NCBI GenBank assembly: GCA_028867755.1
Contig: JAGWFT010000001.1
Coordinates: 804,727-868,726, forward strand
Direction of reading: 5' to 3'
Length of the DNA: 64,000 bases
Origin: Nitrososphaerota archaeon
GTDB taxonomy: Archaea; Thermoproteota; Nitrososphaeria; Nitrososphaerales; Nitrosopumilaceae
Part shown: positions 19,564-29,033 of the stretch, one piece after another
Position numbering within the stretch: the first letter of the stretch is position 1
Layout of the letters: each line of letters starts with the position of its first letter
Position numbers and translations under genes: made by a program
Notes under the pieces: model-generated
Seen by the model: the letters and a program-made list of their open reading frames with translations, nothing else
The model's database searches: none
What the model was told of the DNA's origin: nothing

Positions 19564-21006
19564 CTAGTATCCTTTTGCAAACATGACATCCACCTTGCTT
19601 GGTTTTCCACAGACTATGCATGGTGCATTCGTTCTCTTTTCATCAAAAGGTATAACTCGGATATCTGCACCAGTGGATTCTTTGACGGTCTCTTCGCATT
19701 TTTGGTCCCCGCACCATGAGGAATAAAGAAACATTCCATCCTCGATCTCTTTTTTGAATTGAGCAAAATCATTCACATTTTTTATGCCATTATCAAGCAT
19801 CTTTTTTGCTTTCTCAAAGAGACCTTTTTGAATTTCATCTAATGTTTTGGCAATGCCGTCTTCTGCACTCTCAAAAGAAAGATCCGATTTCTTCAAGTCG
19901 TCACGTCGTACTATGACCATTTTGTTTTTTAGTAGATCCTTAGGGCCGATTTCAATTCTAAGTGGTACTCCCTTCATCTCCCAATCATGGAATTTGTATC
20001 CCGGAGTGAACTCCTCTCTTGAATCCATGTGAATCCTCAAATCTTTCTTTACAAGAGTTTCTTTGAGTTCGTTTGCTTTCTTCAAGATCTCATCTCTATC
20101 GGATTGAGAAGAATAAATGGGAACTATGACAACTTGGATAGGTGCCACACGCGGTGGTAAAACTAGCCCTTTGTCATCGCCATGTACCATTATCAGTGCA
20201 CCAATGAGCCTCCAGGAAATTCCCCATGAAGTTTGCCAAGCAAAAGTTTCTATGTTCTGCTTGTCCAGAAACTTTACATCAAATGGCTTTGAAAAATTCT
20301 GGCCTAAAAAATGAGAGGTTCCCATCTGTAATGCCTTCCCGTCTGGCATGATTGACTCCATAGTAGTTGTATAAACTGCACCTACAAACTTCTCCTTGTC
20401 AGTTTTTTTTCCAAGTATGACTGGAATTGCCAACTCGTCTTCCACAGTTCTTTTGTATATGTCAAGTATTGTCATAACTTCCTCCTCAGCTTCTTCTCTT
20501 GTAGAATGTACTGTGTGTCCTTCCTGCCAAAGAAATTCCGATGTCCTAAGAAACGGTTTTGTTGCCTTGATCTCAGCTCTTAACGCAGAATTCCAAAAAT
20601 TAATCTTTATAGGCAAATCTCTCCAACTCTTTATCCATTTTGAATACATGGAATATGCAAGAGTTTCAGAAGTAGGTCTAAGTGCTAATCTGTCCCCTAT
20701 CTCAGTATTTCCTGAATGTGTGACCCAAAAGACTTCGGGCGTAAAACCTGCAAAATGTGTTGCTTCCTTGCTTAACAGTGACTCTGGAATAAGTACTGGA
20801 AGAAATCCGTTTTCATGACCAGTTGCCTTTAGCTTTTGATCAACCGATGACCTGAGGTATTCCCATATTGAATAACCATATGGCCTAAGTACGATTAATC
20901 CTTTAACTGGAGCATAGTCTGCAAGCTGTGCCTTTATTACTACTTGTGTATACCATTCGCTAAAATCCTCGTTCTTTTTGACTGTAATTCCAATCTCTTT
21001 GCTCAA
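19564..21006 (-). CDS. proS: proline--tRNA ligase (archaeal/eukaryotic type)
   Basis: RPTSET, FLRTSEFLWQEGH, QMGTSHFLGQNF, C-terminal AKGY. Confidence 0.97.
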   Translation of the reverse strand: MSKEIGITVKKNEDFSEWYTQVVIKAQLADYAPVKGLIVLRPYGYSIWEYLRSSVDQKLKATGHENGFLPVLIPESLLSKEATHFAGFTPEVFWVTHSGNTEIGDRLALRPTSETLAYSMYSKWIKSWRDLPIKINFWNSALRAEIKATKPFLRTSEFLWQEGHTVHSTREEAEEEVMTILDIYKRTVEDELAIPVILGKKTDKEKFVGAVYTTTMESIMPDGKALQMGTSHFLGQNFSKPFDVKFLDKQNIETFAWQTSWGISWRLIGALIMVHGDDKGLVLPPRVAPIQVVIVPIYSSQSDRDEILKKANELKETLVKKDLRIHMDSREEFTPGYKFHDWEMKGVPLRIEIGPKDLLKNKMVIVRRDDLKKSDLSFESAEDGIAKTLDEIQKGLFEKAKKMLDNGIKNVNDFAQFKKEIEDGMFLYSSWCGDQKCEETVKESTGADIRVIPFDEKRTNAPCIVCGKPSKVDVMFAKGY

Positions 21007-21049
21007 TTTACATCATCTTGCAGTTTGTCCTAATGAGCCTTATGTTCCT

Positions 21050-21343
21050 CTACAAAGGGTCGCCTTTGCAAAGGACTTTTCCAGTTATTCTACTCTGAAA
21101 GTTAGGGCAGACAAAACATTGGATAAACGGTACTTCCTTTTTCAAAACAGGACAATCCACAGATTCTTCTTTCATCTTCTTTAGCATCTTGGGACTAACT
21201 CCCTTTAGTTTCAACTTGCCTTTGTCATCCATCATTCCAGATGCCTTTAGTTCTTGTTTTGTTTCATCTGATAACTTGTTGGATGTTGTGGCGGCTTTGA
21301 TTGTAACTTCATATTTGTGTGGAAGCTCGCTCATAATCTTCAT
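21050..21343 (-). CDS. hypothetical protein with a four-Cys C-terminal motif
   Basis: CPVLKKEVPFIQCFVCPNF...VLC, possible metal site. Confidence 0.75.
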   Translation of the reverse strand: MKIMSELPHKYEVTIKAATTSNKLSDETKQELKASGMMDDKGKLKLKGVSPKMLKKMKEESVDCPVLKKEVPFIQCFVCPNFQSRITGKVLCKGDPL

Positions 21344-21435
21344 CTTAGATATCTTGAATATATTGCTAGTGGTAGAGAAATCTCAAGATCGCTTAAGATT
21401 AATATAATCTCCATCATTCCACAAAGCAGAAACTG

Positions 21436-22086
21436 ATGTTAGCAATTTTTGACGTGGAAGGTGTATTGCTTGATGCAGAATTTCTTCCAATATTAGCAGA
21501 AAAAATTAACAAACAAGATGAGATCTGGGAAATCACAAGAAAAGGAATTGAGGGTGCAATAAAGTGGGAGGAAGGACTAAAAAAGAGAATAGAACTTCTC
21601 AAGGGAATAAACTACGAAACTTGTACTCAAGTTGCTGGTTCGCTTAAGATTATGACCGGAGCTAGGGAAGCATGTCACGCACTCAAAGCTGCAGGCTGGA
21701 AAATAATGGCAATATCTGGCGGATTTACAATAATGACTGACAGATTAAAGGAAGAACTGGGGTTGGACTATGTATTTTCAAACGAACTAATTTTTGTAAA
21801 TGGAAAACTTGATGACGTTATAATACATGTCGATTCTAATAAAGCCAAATCGGCTATGATGAAGATAAAGGAATGGAAAGAAAAGAAAGAAGAGATTGTG
21901 GTCGTTGTTGATGGCGCAAATGATGTGAAATTATTTGATATATGTGGATTAGGTGTGGCATTTAGAGCCCAAGACATTGTCAAAGACTTGGCAACTGTTA
22001 CACTAGAAGAGAAGGATCTTTCAAAGTTAATCGGTATCATCAACAAGCATTATGGATTGAAGATACAGGTGCAAACTGTTGCTTAA
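21436..22086 (+). CDS. serB: phosphoserine phosphatase (HAD)
   Basis: FDVEGVL, ISGGF, DGANDV. Confidence 0.9.
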   Translation: MLAIFDVEGVLLDAEFLPILAEKINKQDEIWEITRKGIEGAIKWEEGLKKRIELLKGINYETCTQVAGSLKIMTGAREACHALKAAGWKIMAISGGFTIMTDRLKEELGLDYVFSNELIFVNGKLDDVIIHVDSNKAKSAMMKIKEWKEKKEEIVVVVDGANDVKLFDICGLGVAFRAQDIVKDLATVTLEEKDLSKLIGIINKHYGLKIQVQTVA

Positions 22087-22119
22087 AAAGAATATGATTT
22101 TAAGCAGTTAGGCAATAGG

Positions 22120-22866
22120 TTGCTAATGGTAATGGAAATCATCCCTGTTTACATTGAAAATGAAATCAAACCAGGTGATGATCTAATAGACTTGATGCTT
22201 GGATCAAAATCAAGGCCGCATTTACAAGATGGGGACATTCTAGTTTTTACGCAGAAAATTATTTCAAAACAAGAAGGAAAGATTGTAAACCTCTCAAGCG
22301 TTAAACCTACACTTCTTGCAACTGGCATTGCAAGTGAGTATCGAAAAGATCCTAGAACTGTACAGTTGATACTTGATCAGTCAAGACGTATAGTTCGAAT
22401 GAAAAATGGTATAATAATTTCAGAGACAACCCATGGTTTTGTTTGTGCAAATGCAGGTGTGGATGAAAGTAATTTGGAAGAAGGATATGTAACTCTATTA
22501 CCAAATGACGCTGATCTGTCGGCTGAAAAATTACGTAAACAAATAAAGGAAAAAACAGGAAAAAATACAGCAGTTATCATATCTGATACATTTGGGAGGC
22601 CATTTAGACAAGGACAGATAAATGTCGCTATAGGAGTTTCAGGAATTACCGCTATATTGGATTATGCTGGACTAAAAGATGCTTTTGGAAGAATTCTTCG
22701 TGTAACTGCTATTGCTATTGTAGACGAGATATGTTCTGCTACTGAGCTTGTCATGGGAAAATCACTTCACGTGCCAATATCTATAGTGAGAAACTATGGC
22801 TTCACTAATGCTAAAAATGCGATAAATGATCTTATTAGATCACGCTCAGAAGATCTATTTAGGTAA
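22120..22866 (+). CDS. cofE: coenzyme F420-0:L-glutamate ligase
   Basis: KIISKQEG, CANAGVDESN, SDTFGRPFR. Confidence 0.95.
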   Translation: MLMVMEIIPVYIENEIKPGDDLIDLMLGSKSRPHLQDGDILVFTQKIISKQEGKIVNLSSVKPTLLATGIASEYRKDPRTVQLILDQSRRIVRMKNGIIISETTHGFVCANAGVDESNLEEGYVTLLPNDADLSAEKLRKQIKEKTGKNTAVIISDTFGRPFRQGQINVAIGVSGITAILDYAGLKDAFGRILRVTAIAIVDEICSATELVMGKSLHVPISIVRNYGFTNAKNAINDLIRSRSEDLFR

Positions 22867-22921
22867 GTACAAATTTTTGAAAACAAAGATTATATTCACA
22901 GATTGGGGGAAGCGATAAACA

Positions 22922-23842
22922 TTGGATACTTTACGGGCAGAATTACATTGTCACAACGAATTTTCAAATTTTCATCTAGGACAGAAAGAAACTCCATATG
23001 ATTGCGGAATAACGGTGCAAGAACAATTAGAACAAGTGTACTCCACTGGACTTGATGTTTTCTTTATTACAAATCACAATACACTTGATGGATACGAACA
23101 CTTGCTGCACTATAAGGAAAATCATGAAAAGTTTAGGCATATTCAGATTTATCCTGGAGAAGAAATAACAACCGATCAAGGAATCCACATCTTGGCGTAC
23201 GGACTGACAAGGACAATAAAATCTGGACAAAGCCTCGAAGAGATACTTGATATTATACGATCTCAGGGAGCAATATCATGTGCGCCGCATCCTTTTGCAC
23301 TAAATAATGGTCTTAGAGAAAAATCTATTCTCTGTGATTTGATTGAAGTCTTTAACAGTAATAATGTTGATAGATATTCAAACCTACGAGCTTCTAACTT
23401 TGCAAAAACAAATAATATGATAGAAGTGGCAGGAAGTGACTCACATGTTGTTTCTACGCTGGGCAGATGTGTTAATGTAATTGAGGCAGAAAATACTCTA
23501 GATAGCATACTACAAGCAATGAGGAAAGGAAGAATCACGATTGACAGTGCAGAATACATTACTTGCAGTGAAATGATAGAACACGCAAGATATAAAATCA
23601 AAAATTCAAAAGATGATATTATGATGTATTTCAAAGAAAACCACCCGCACCTTACTGGAATTTGCAGTTTTCTAATAGACGCATTTGAATCAAATCCTAA
23701 CAGCATGGTTTGGAAAGCAGTGTACAAAGTAGCTGTACATCTTACTACAAAACTATCGAACAAAATTAATTTTGAAAATAAAGATTATAACATATTGTAT
23801 GAACGCAACCTAAGAGCTATATTGCCAATGATTCTGACCTGA
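22922..23842 (+). CDS. PHP domain metallophosphoesterase
   Basis: ELHCH, ITNHN, GEE, HILAY, PHPF, GSDSH. Confidence 0.9.
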   Translation: MDTLRAELHCHNEFSNFHLGQKETPYDCGITVQEQLEQVYSTGLDVFFITNHNTLDGYEHLLHYKENHEKFRHIQIYPGEEITTDQGIHILAYGLTRTIKSGQSLEEILDIIRSQGAISCAPHPFALNNGLREKSILCDLIEVFNSNNVDRYSNLRASNFAKTNNMIEVAGSDSHVVSTLGRCVNVIEAENTLDSILQAMRKGRITIDSAEYITCSEMIEHARYKIKNSKDDIMMYFKENHPHLTGICSFLIDAFESNPNSMVWKAVYKVAVHLTTKLSNKINFENKDYNILYERNLRAILPMILT

Positions 23843-23913
23843 GTAATTTTTTTTGCGTACATGAATAGCTTTTAATATCACTTTACTAGCTTTTTGTTTA
23901 AAGGTGAATTGAC

Positions 23914-24153
23914 ATTTCAGAATTAACTCCAACTAAGACAATAGATGTTAGGGGAATGTTTTGTCCAGAACCTGTCTTTAGAACAAAAATAGAGATGGAA
24001 AGAATGACAGTAGGAAATATTCTAAAAATTATTGCAGACGATCCAGCGTCTGAAGAAGATATCTCAAGATGGGTAAACAGGAACGGGCACCAGTTACTTA
24101 GTATAAACAAGCCAGGAAAAGATCTTGAGTTTACTATTAAAAAGGTGAAATAG
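23914..24153 (+). CDS. tusA: TusA/SirA family sulfur carrier
   Basis: IDVRGMFCPEP motif, ADDP; the frame is open upstream of ATG 23956 to a stop at 23905, so the start is uncertain. Confidence 0.85.
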   Translation: MSELTPTKTIDVRGMFCPEPVFRTKIEMERMTVGNILKIIADDPASEEDISRWVNRNGHQLLSINKPGKDLEFTIKKVK

Positions 24154-24157
24154 GTTT

Positions 24158-25159
24158 TTGGCCACAAAGGCGCTCAATGATGACGAGACACTTCTAAAAA
24201 AGATTGGTAATACTCCTATTGTAAAACTCACCTCGCTTTCAACTAGTCAGGCTGATTTTTATGCAAAATTAGAATCTCACAATCCATTTGGTTCTGTAAA
24301 AGACAGAGCTGCATTTTGGATGATAAAAATAGCAGAAGAGAATGGTCTTATAAAAAGAGGGCATAGTGTGATAGTAGAGCCAACTTCAGGAAATACCGGT
24401 ATTGCACTTGCAGGAATCGCAAAACTTCTTGGATACAAAGTGGAAATTGTAATACCTGAAAAAGCAAGTGAGGAAACAAAGAAGATAATTGAATCATTAG
24501 GGGCTGTTCTTTATCAAACAAGTGATGACTTGTGCCCAAAAGTTGGGGCTGGCACAGATCAGAGTATAGCACTAGCAAAATCAATTGCGTCTGCACGACC
24601 TGACAAGTATTATTCTCCTGATCAATATTCAAACGAGGCAAATTTCATGGGTCATTACAAAAGCACTGGACCTGAAATCTGGGAACAGACAAAAGGAAAG
24701 ATAACTCACTTCTTCTCGGGGGTCGGAACTGGTGGCACTATAACCGGAATAGGTGCATATCTGAAAGAGAAGAATCCAACCATAAAAATTATTGCAGTAC
24801 AACCGCAACAAAATCACCTAATTCAAGGCCTAAGAAATTTTGAAGAATCTGCAAAACCTGATCTCTTTCTCAAACGAGAACAGGTAATTGATGATTGGAT
24901 TACAATTACAAATGATGAGGCGTTTGCTGCAGTAAAAGAGATATTTGAAAAAGAAGGAATGCTGGTCAGTCCATCATCTGCTACTGTATACGCTGCAATG
25001 AAAAAATACAATGTTGAAAAAGGTCACGTGGTTGGAATATTTGCAGATGATGGTAGAAAGTTTAAGAGCCTTTACACTCAACAGAAAATATTTACAGATG
25101 CGGAATTCGATAAAGCACTAAAAGAGGCAAAATACCTATCTTTGCCTTCATTTTCTTGA
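24158..25159 (+). CDS. cysM: PLP-dependent cysteine synthase, CysM-like
   Basis: NPFGSVKDR, EPTSGNTG, GVGTGGT, QGLRN loop. Confidence 0.88.
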   Translation: MATKALNDDETLLKKIGNTPIVKLTSLSTSQADFYAKLESHNPFGSVKDRAAFWMIKIAEENGLIKRGHSVIVEPTSGNTGIALAGIAKLLGYKVEIVIPEKASEETKKIIESLGAVLYQTSDDLCPKVGAGTDQSIALAKSIASARPDKYYSPDQYSNEANFMGHYKSTGPEIWEQTKGKITHFFSGVGTGGTITGIGAYLKEKNPTIKIIAVQPQQNHLIQGLRNFEESAKPDLFLKREQVIDDWITITNDEAFAAVKEIFEKEGMLVSPSSATVYAAMKKYNVEKGHVVGIFADDGRKFKSLYTQQKIFTDAEFDKALKEAKYLSLPSFS

Positions 25160-26128
25160 TTATTTTCTTTTATTTTCTGATAGATATCGATCAACATCTA
25201 TTGCAGCCATGCATCCAAATCCAGCTGCAGTAATTGCCTGTCTGTATCTATGGTCATGCACATCACCAGCCGCAAAAATTCCATCCATGCTGGTGTGTGT
25301 ATAGTTTTTGAGAACTATGTAGCCTTGTTCGTCTAGTTCGATTTGATCTTTGAACAGCTTAGTGTTCGGCTCGTGCCCTATTGCGACAAATAAACCACCT
25401 ACGTCCATCGCCTGTTGTTGATTAGTTGCCACATCTCTTATTGTAATTTGGTTTACTTTTTCATTTCCCTTAATTTCTTCAATTATAGAGTTCCAGTGAA
25501 ATTTTATCTTACTATTTTCAAATGCTCTGTCTTGCATTATTTTACTTGCTCTGAGTTTGTCCTTTCTGTGAATCACGTGTACATTTTTTGCAAATTTAGT
25601 GAGAAATATGGCCTCTTCCATGGCAGAGTCTCCTCCTCCTGCTACTACTATCTCCTGATTCTTGAAAAATGGACCATCACAAGTAGCACAATATGATACT
25701 CCTTTAGCACTGAATTCTTGTTCTCCCTTTACCCCTAGTTTTCTAGGACTAGCACCAGTTGCAATTATGATAGCATCTGCTTCATACTCTTCTGAATATG
25801 TCAATACCTTGAATGGTTTTCTTCTAAAATCAACATTTACTACCTCATCGTCGATGATTGTGGTGCCCATTCTCTCCGTTTGTTTTCTCATAGTAGTCAT
25901 CAGCTCAGGACCAAAAATCCCCTCTGCAAAACCTGGATAATTTTCAACCTCTGTGGTAAGCATTAATTGGCCACCGGGTAAATTTCCAGAAATTATTAGA
26001 GTATCACGCTTGGCCCTTGATGTATAAATGGCAGCAGTATAACCTGCAGGACCAGCCCCAATTACTATGACATCAAATTTTTTCTTTACTTCTGGTTTTT
26101 TATTTTCAGCTCTAATCTCTGCCTGCAC
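25160..26128 (-). CDS. trxB: thioredoxin-disulfide reductase
   Basis: GAGPAG, CATCDG, GGGDSA, FAAGDV. Confidence 0.97.
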   Translation of the reverse strand: MQAEIRAENKKPEVKKKFDVIVIGAGPAGYTAAIYTSRAKRDTLIISGNLPGGQLMLTTEVENYPGFAEGIFGPELMTTMRKQTERMGTTIIDDEVVNVDFRRKPFKVLTYSEEYEADAIIIATGASPRKLGVKGEQEFSAKGVSYCATCDGPFFKNQEIVVAGGGDSAMEEAIFLTKFAKNVHVIHRKDKLRASKIMQDRAFENSKIKFHWNSIIEEIKGNEKVNQITIRDVATNQQQAMDVGGLFVAIGHEPNTKLFKDQIELDEQGYIVLKNYTHTSMDGIFAAGDVHDHRYRQAITAAGFGCMAAIDVDRYLSENKRK

Positions 26129-26159
26129 AAATGAAATTCATTTGTGTTTCATATTTAAA

Positions 26160-26945
26160 TTATGCATACTGGTTTTGAAGATTACTCAATACCTCCTGGT
26201 GATGTTCACATAATTTTCCAACTTTCATTTGTGTATACAAGAGGTCTTCTTGCCAGTGTGCATTGTATAACATGCATTTTTTTGATTCGCAAAAAGGAAC
26301 ACTAGTAAGATAATAAAATATAGCTTGTAAGGCATATCCCCTAACAATAAAACGCAGTCTATTATCATGGTATTCTAGAAATCTTCCATCAAATTCACGT
26401 TTAGCTGCTTCTAGGTTCAGGCCTTGTGACATTTTTTCATACAATTGGACATAGTAATCGCGCGGTTTTGCTGGTGCTTCAATCATTCCAGTGGTAGAAA
26501 TGATAGATGGATTAGAGCATATCACAGCCCTTCCATGATATCTGTAATCCTCGTAATCATAACTACAAGTCAGTTTTGTTGTAAATATGAGATGAAATTT
26601 GTCAGATGATAATTCTGAATCCGGTATGGCATGCTTAAAAATATTTTGAAGCTCAAAACCATCATACAAAATTATGTTATTTGTAGCTGATGGCATCTCT
26701 GATCGTTCTTCAAATGTGATATCTTCTATAGTGGGATTATGTTTTTCAAAAGGCACATAAGGATTAAAAACTCTACAAGATGCTATCTGATATAAAATTT
26801 CTTTTTCTAGATTGAAATGTTGAAAGAATTTTTGTCGTATCTCAACACTTGCTCCAATTTGTTTTTCTATGAATTCAGCAAGCTCATTGATTTTGAGCTC
26901 ATTAATACTAGGCTCATTATACAAAAATATCTTACTTATTTTCAA
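26160..26945 (-). CDS. putative metallopeptidase (DUF6775-like)
   Basis: RYHGRAVI, GMIEAPAKP, C..C..YNAHWQEDL and LCEHH pattern. Confidence 0.65.
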   Translation of the reverse strand: MKISKIFLYNEPSINELKINELAEFIEKQIGASVEIRQKFFQHFNLEKEILYQIASCRVFNPYVPFEKHNPTIEDITFEERSEMPSATNNIILYDGFELQNIFKHAIPDSELSSDKFHLIFTTKLTCSYDYEDYRYHGRAVICSNPSIISTTGMIEAPAKPRDYYVQLYEKMSQGLNLEAAKREFDGRFLEYHDNRLRFIVRGYALQAIFYYLTSVPFCESKKCMLYNAHWQEDLLYTQMKVGKLCEHHQEVLSNLQNQYA

Positions 26946-26970
26946 TAATAAAATGCCTACTCAGGTCGAT

Positions 26971-27789
26971 TTATCTTCTTAGTTCTTTTATCTTATATGC
27001 CGTAATCTCAGCTGCCTTCTTACCTGACAATAACATGGAGCCGTATGTTGGGCCCATCCTTGCAATTCCATATGTTTCTGTGACTGACATACCAGCTGCT
27101 ACAAGCCCAGGATATACTTCACCTGTGTTGTACACCACTTTATTTTCGCCATCGTCCACCCACATTGGATCCATGCCTTTCCAATTTACTAGTTTTCTGT
27201 CTACTAGTCTTTTGACAGCCACAGAATCATGACCGGACGCATCTATTACCATCTTAGATTCTAATGCAACTGGGTCTACACAAGTTATGTTTCTTGGAAG
27301 AGCTGAAACTGGCATCCAATTCACTACAACACCTCCCACTCTACCCTTTTTCAATACTAAATCGTCAAACTTTGTCAGATTCAAGAATTTTACTCCGGCA
27401 TCGCAAGCAGCAGCTATTAATTTTGAAACTGCATGTGGTCCGGGTGTAAGATAAAGACCTTCTCTTACCTTCTTGTAGGGAATCCCTAATTCGTCCCAAA
27501 TTTTTTGTGCTGGGGCTCTAACCGTTACAGGGTTCATCATGTATCCTCCTAACCAGTATCCTCCACCGAGGTAATTGTTTTGTTCTATGACTAGAGTTTT
27601 GAATCCCATCAATGCAAGTTCTCTGCTTGCTGTCAAACCTGCTGGACCTGCGCCTATGATTATGACATCAGAATCAGCTCTATCTACAAGTACTGAATGA
27701 AATTCATCTGCAATTGCTCTTGTAATCTCTTTCTCGTCCACATCTGCAAAGATTTTGGGCACTTCTCCTTCCTGAGTAACCTTTTGCAT
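26971..27789 (-). CDS. thi4: thiazole synthase Thi4 (Cys-containing type)
   Basis: GAGPAG, GGGYWLGG, CVDP, RMGPTYGSMLLSG. Confidence 0.95.
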   Translation of the reverse strand: MQKVTQEGEVPKIFADVDEKEITRAIADEFHSVLVDRADSDVIIIGAGPAGLTASRELALMGFKTLVIEQNNYLGGGYWLGGYMMNPVTVRAPAQKIWDELGIPYKKVREGLYLTPGPHAVSKLIAAACDAGVKFLNLTKFDDLVLKKGRVGGVVVNWMPVSALPRNITCVDPVALESKMVIDASGHDSVAVKRLVDRKLVNWKGMDPMWVDDGENKVVYNTGEVYPGLVAAGMSVTETYGIARMGPTYGSMLLSGKKAAEITAYKIKELRR

Positions 27790-27825
27790 GAAAAATATCC
27801 TTGGGACAGCACATTAATAGTTTGC

Positions 27826-28869
27826 TCAGGTTGCAAATACATCTTCAAACAATTTGATACATTCTCTAATGTGCATCTTTTTTGTAGGATTTTTGAACGC
27901 GTAAGCTGAAATGGTGTCTACTTTAGCAAGATCTTTTTTGGCTAACACGTATTTTGCAGCCCTTAGTGAATCAACTATTACGTTACAACCATTTGTGCTA
28001 TCATTAGTTCTAAGTGATAGGTCCATTTCTATCGTCGAACCTAGAAATCCTTTAGCTTCCATCCAGTAATAGCTAACCCTAGAGTCGCCAAGCTGTTCTG
28101 CATATTCTGTAGTGCCTGCAGTGGACTTGAAAGGATAAGTTGTCTCGATTGCAATGGATTCTGTTTTTATATTTCTCTTTTTCTCTCTTGTTTCCTCAGC
28201 CATTGTATTCATAGTGTCTTGATTTCCTCCTACGTCGAGCTGATATGCTTTCTGAACCCTGATACCTCTGCTTGTCATGAAATCTATCATACCACGATGA
28301 AATGCAGTTCCACCAAACTGGCTCATTAAATCGTCTCCTAAAATGATCAATCCTTTATTTTCAAATGCTTTTCGCATCTTATCAGTTACTGTTTTGGCAG
28401 ATGTGGCATTAAAAAAAGAACATCCAGCATCTAATGCTGCTTCAGAATATTTTTCTGATGTCTTGTCAAGACCAGAAGAAATTACGCTGACAAGAAAATC
28501 TGGTTTGATAGATTTGAGTGACTTTACAAATTCTTCATAGTTTGAAGATTTTATCTGACCGTTCTGGCTAATGTGAGCAGGTACAGCATCTAACATCATT
28601 CCGGGTTGAATACTAACATCAGAAAAACTTGTCTTATGGTCTGCAATTAATTGACCAATTTTTTTCCCCACTTTGGAAGAATCTATGTCAAAAACGGTTG
28701 ATATTGCAATGTCATTGAGAGTTAAACCTGCAATCTTTGGATGCCAAAGCCCTTCTACTGAATTCTTGTAAAATTCTAATCCTTTGATTAGAGTCGATGT
28801 TACATTGCCCATTCCAGCAATTGCGATTTTAATTTTATCTGACACGCAATTTTTCTCGCCGGTCTTCAT
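27826..28869 (-). CDS. myo-inositol-1-phosphate synthase family protein
   Basis: IAIAGMGNV, GDDLMSQFGGT, YQLDVGGNQD, DSTNG. Confidence 0.85.
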   Translation of the reverse strand: MKTGEKNCVSDKIKIAIAGMGNVTSTLIKGLEFYKNSVEGLWHPKIAGLTLNDIAISTVFDIDSSKVGKKIGQLIADHKTSFSDVSIQPGMMLDAVPAHISQNGQIKSSNYEEFVKSLKSIKPDFLVSVISSGLDKTSEKYSEAALDAGCSFFNATSAKTVTDKMRKAFENKGLIILGDDLMSQFGGTAFHRGMIDFMTSRGIRVQKAYQLDVGGNQDTMNTMAEETREKKRNIKTESIAIETTYPFKSTAGTTEYAEQLGDSRVSYYWMEAKGFLGSTIEMDLSLRTNDSTNGCNVIVDSLRAAKYVLAKKDLAKVDTISAYAFKNPTKKMHIRECIKLFEDVFAT

Positions 28870-29033
28870 TTAACTCTTTTCTGGTGTTATTGTTTAGATT
28901 AGCTTTTCCTAAGTAAAATCTATCATTTTATCATATGTCATGATATGGAAAATCTTGCCACCATATCTTTGACTAGTGCATATCTGGCGTCTACTTTAAA
29001 ATTTATATGCGCTCCTAGAAGTAGCTACAGTAA

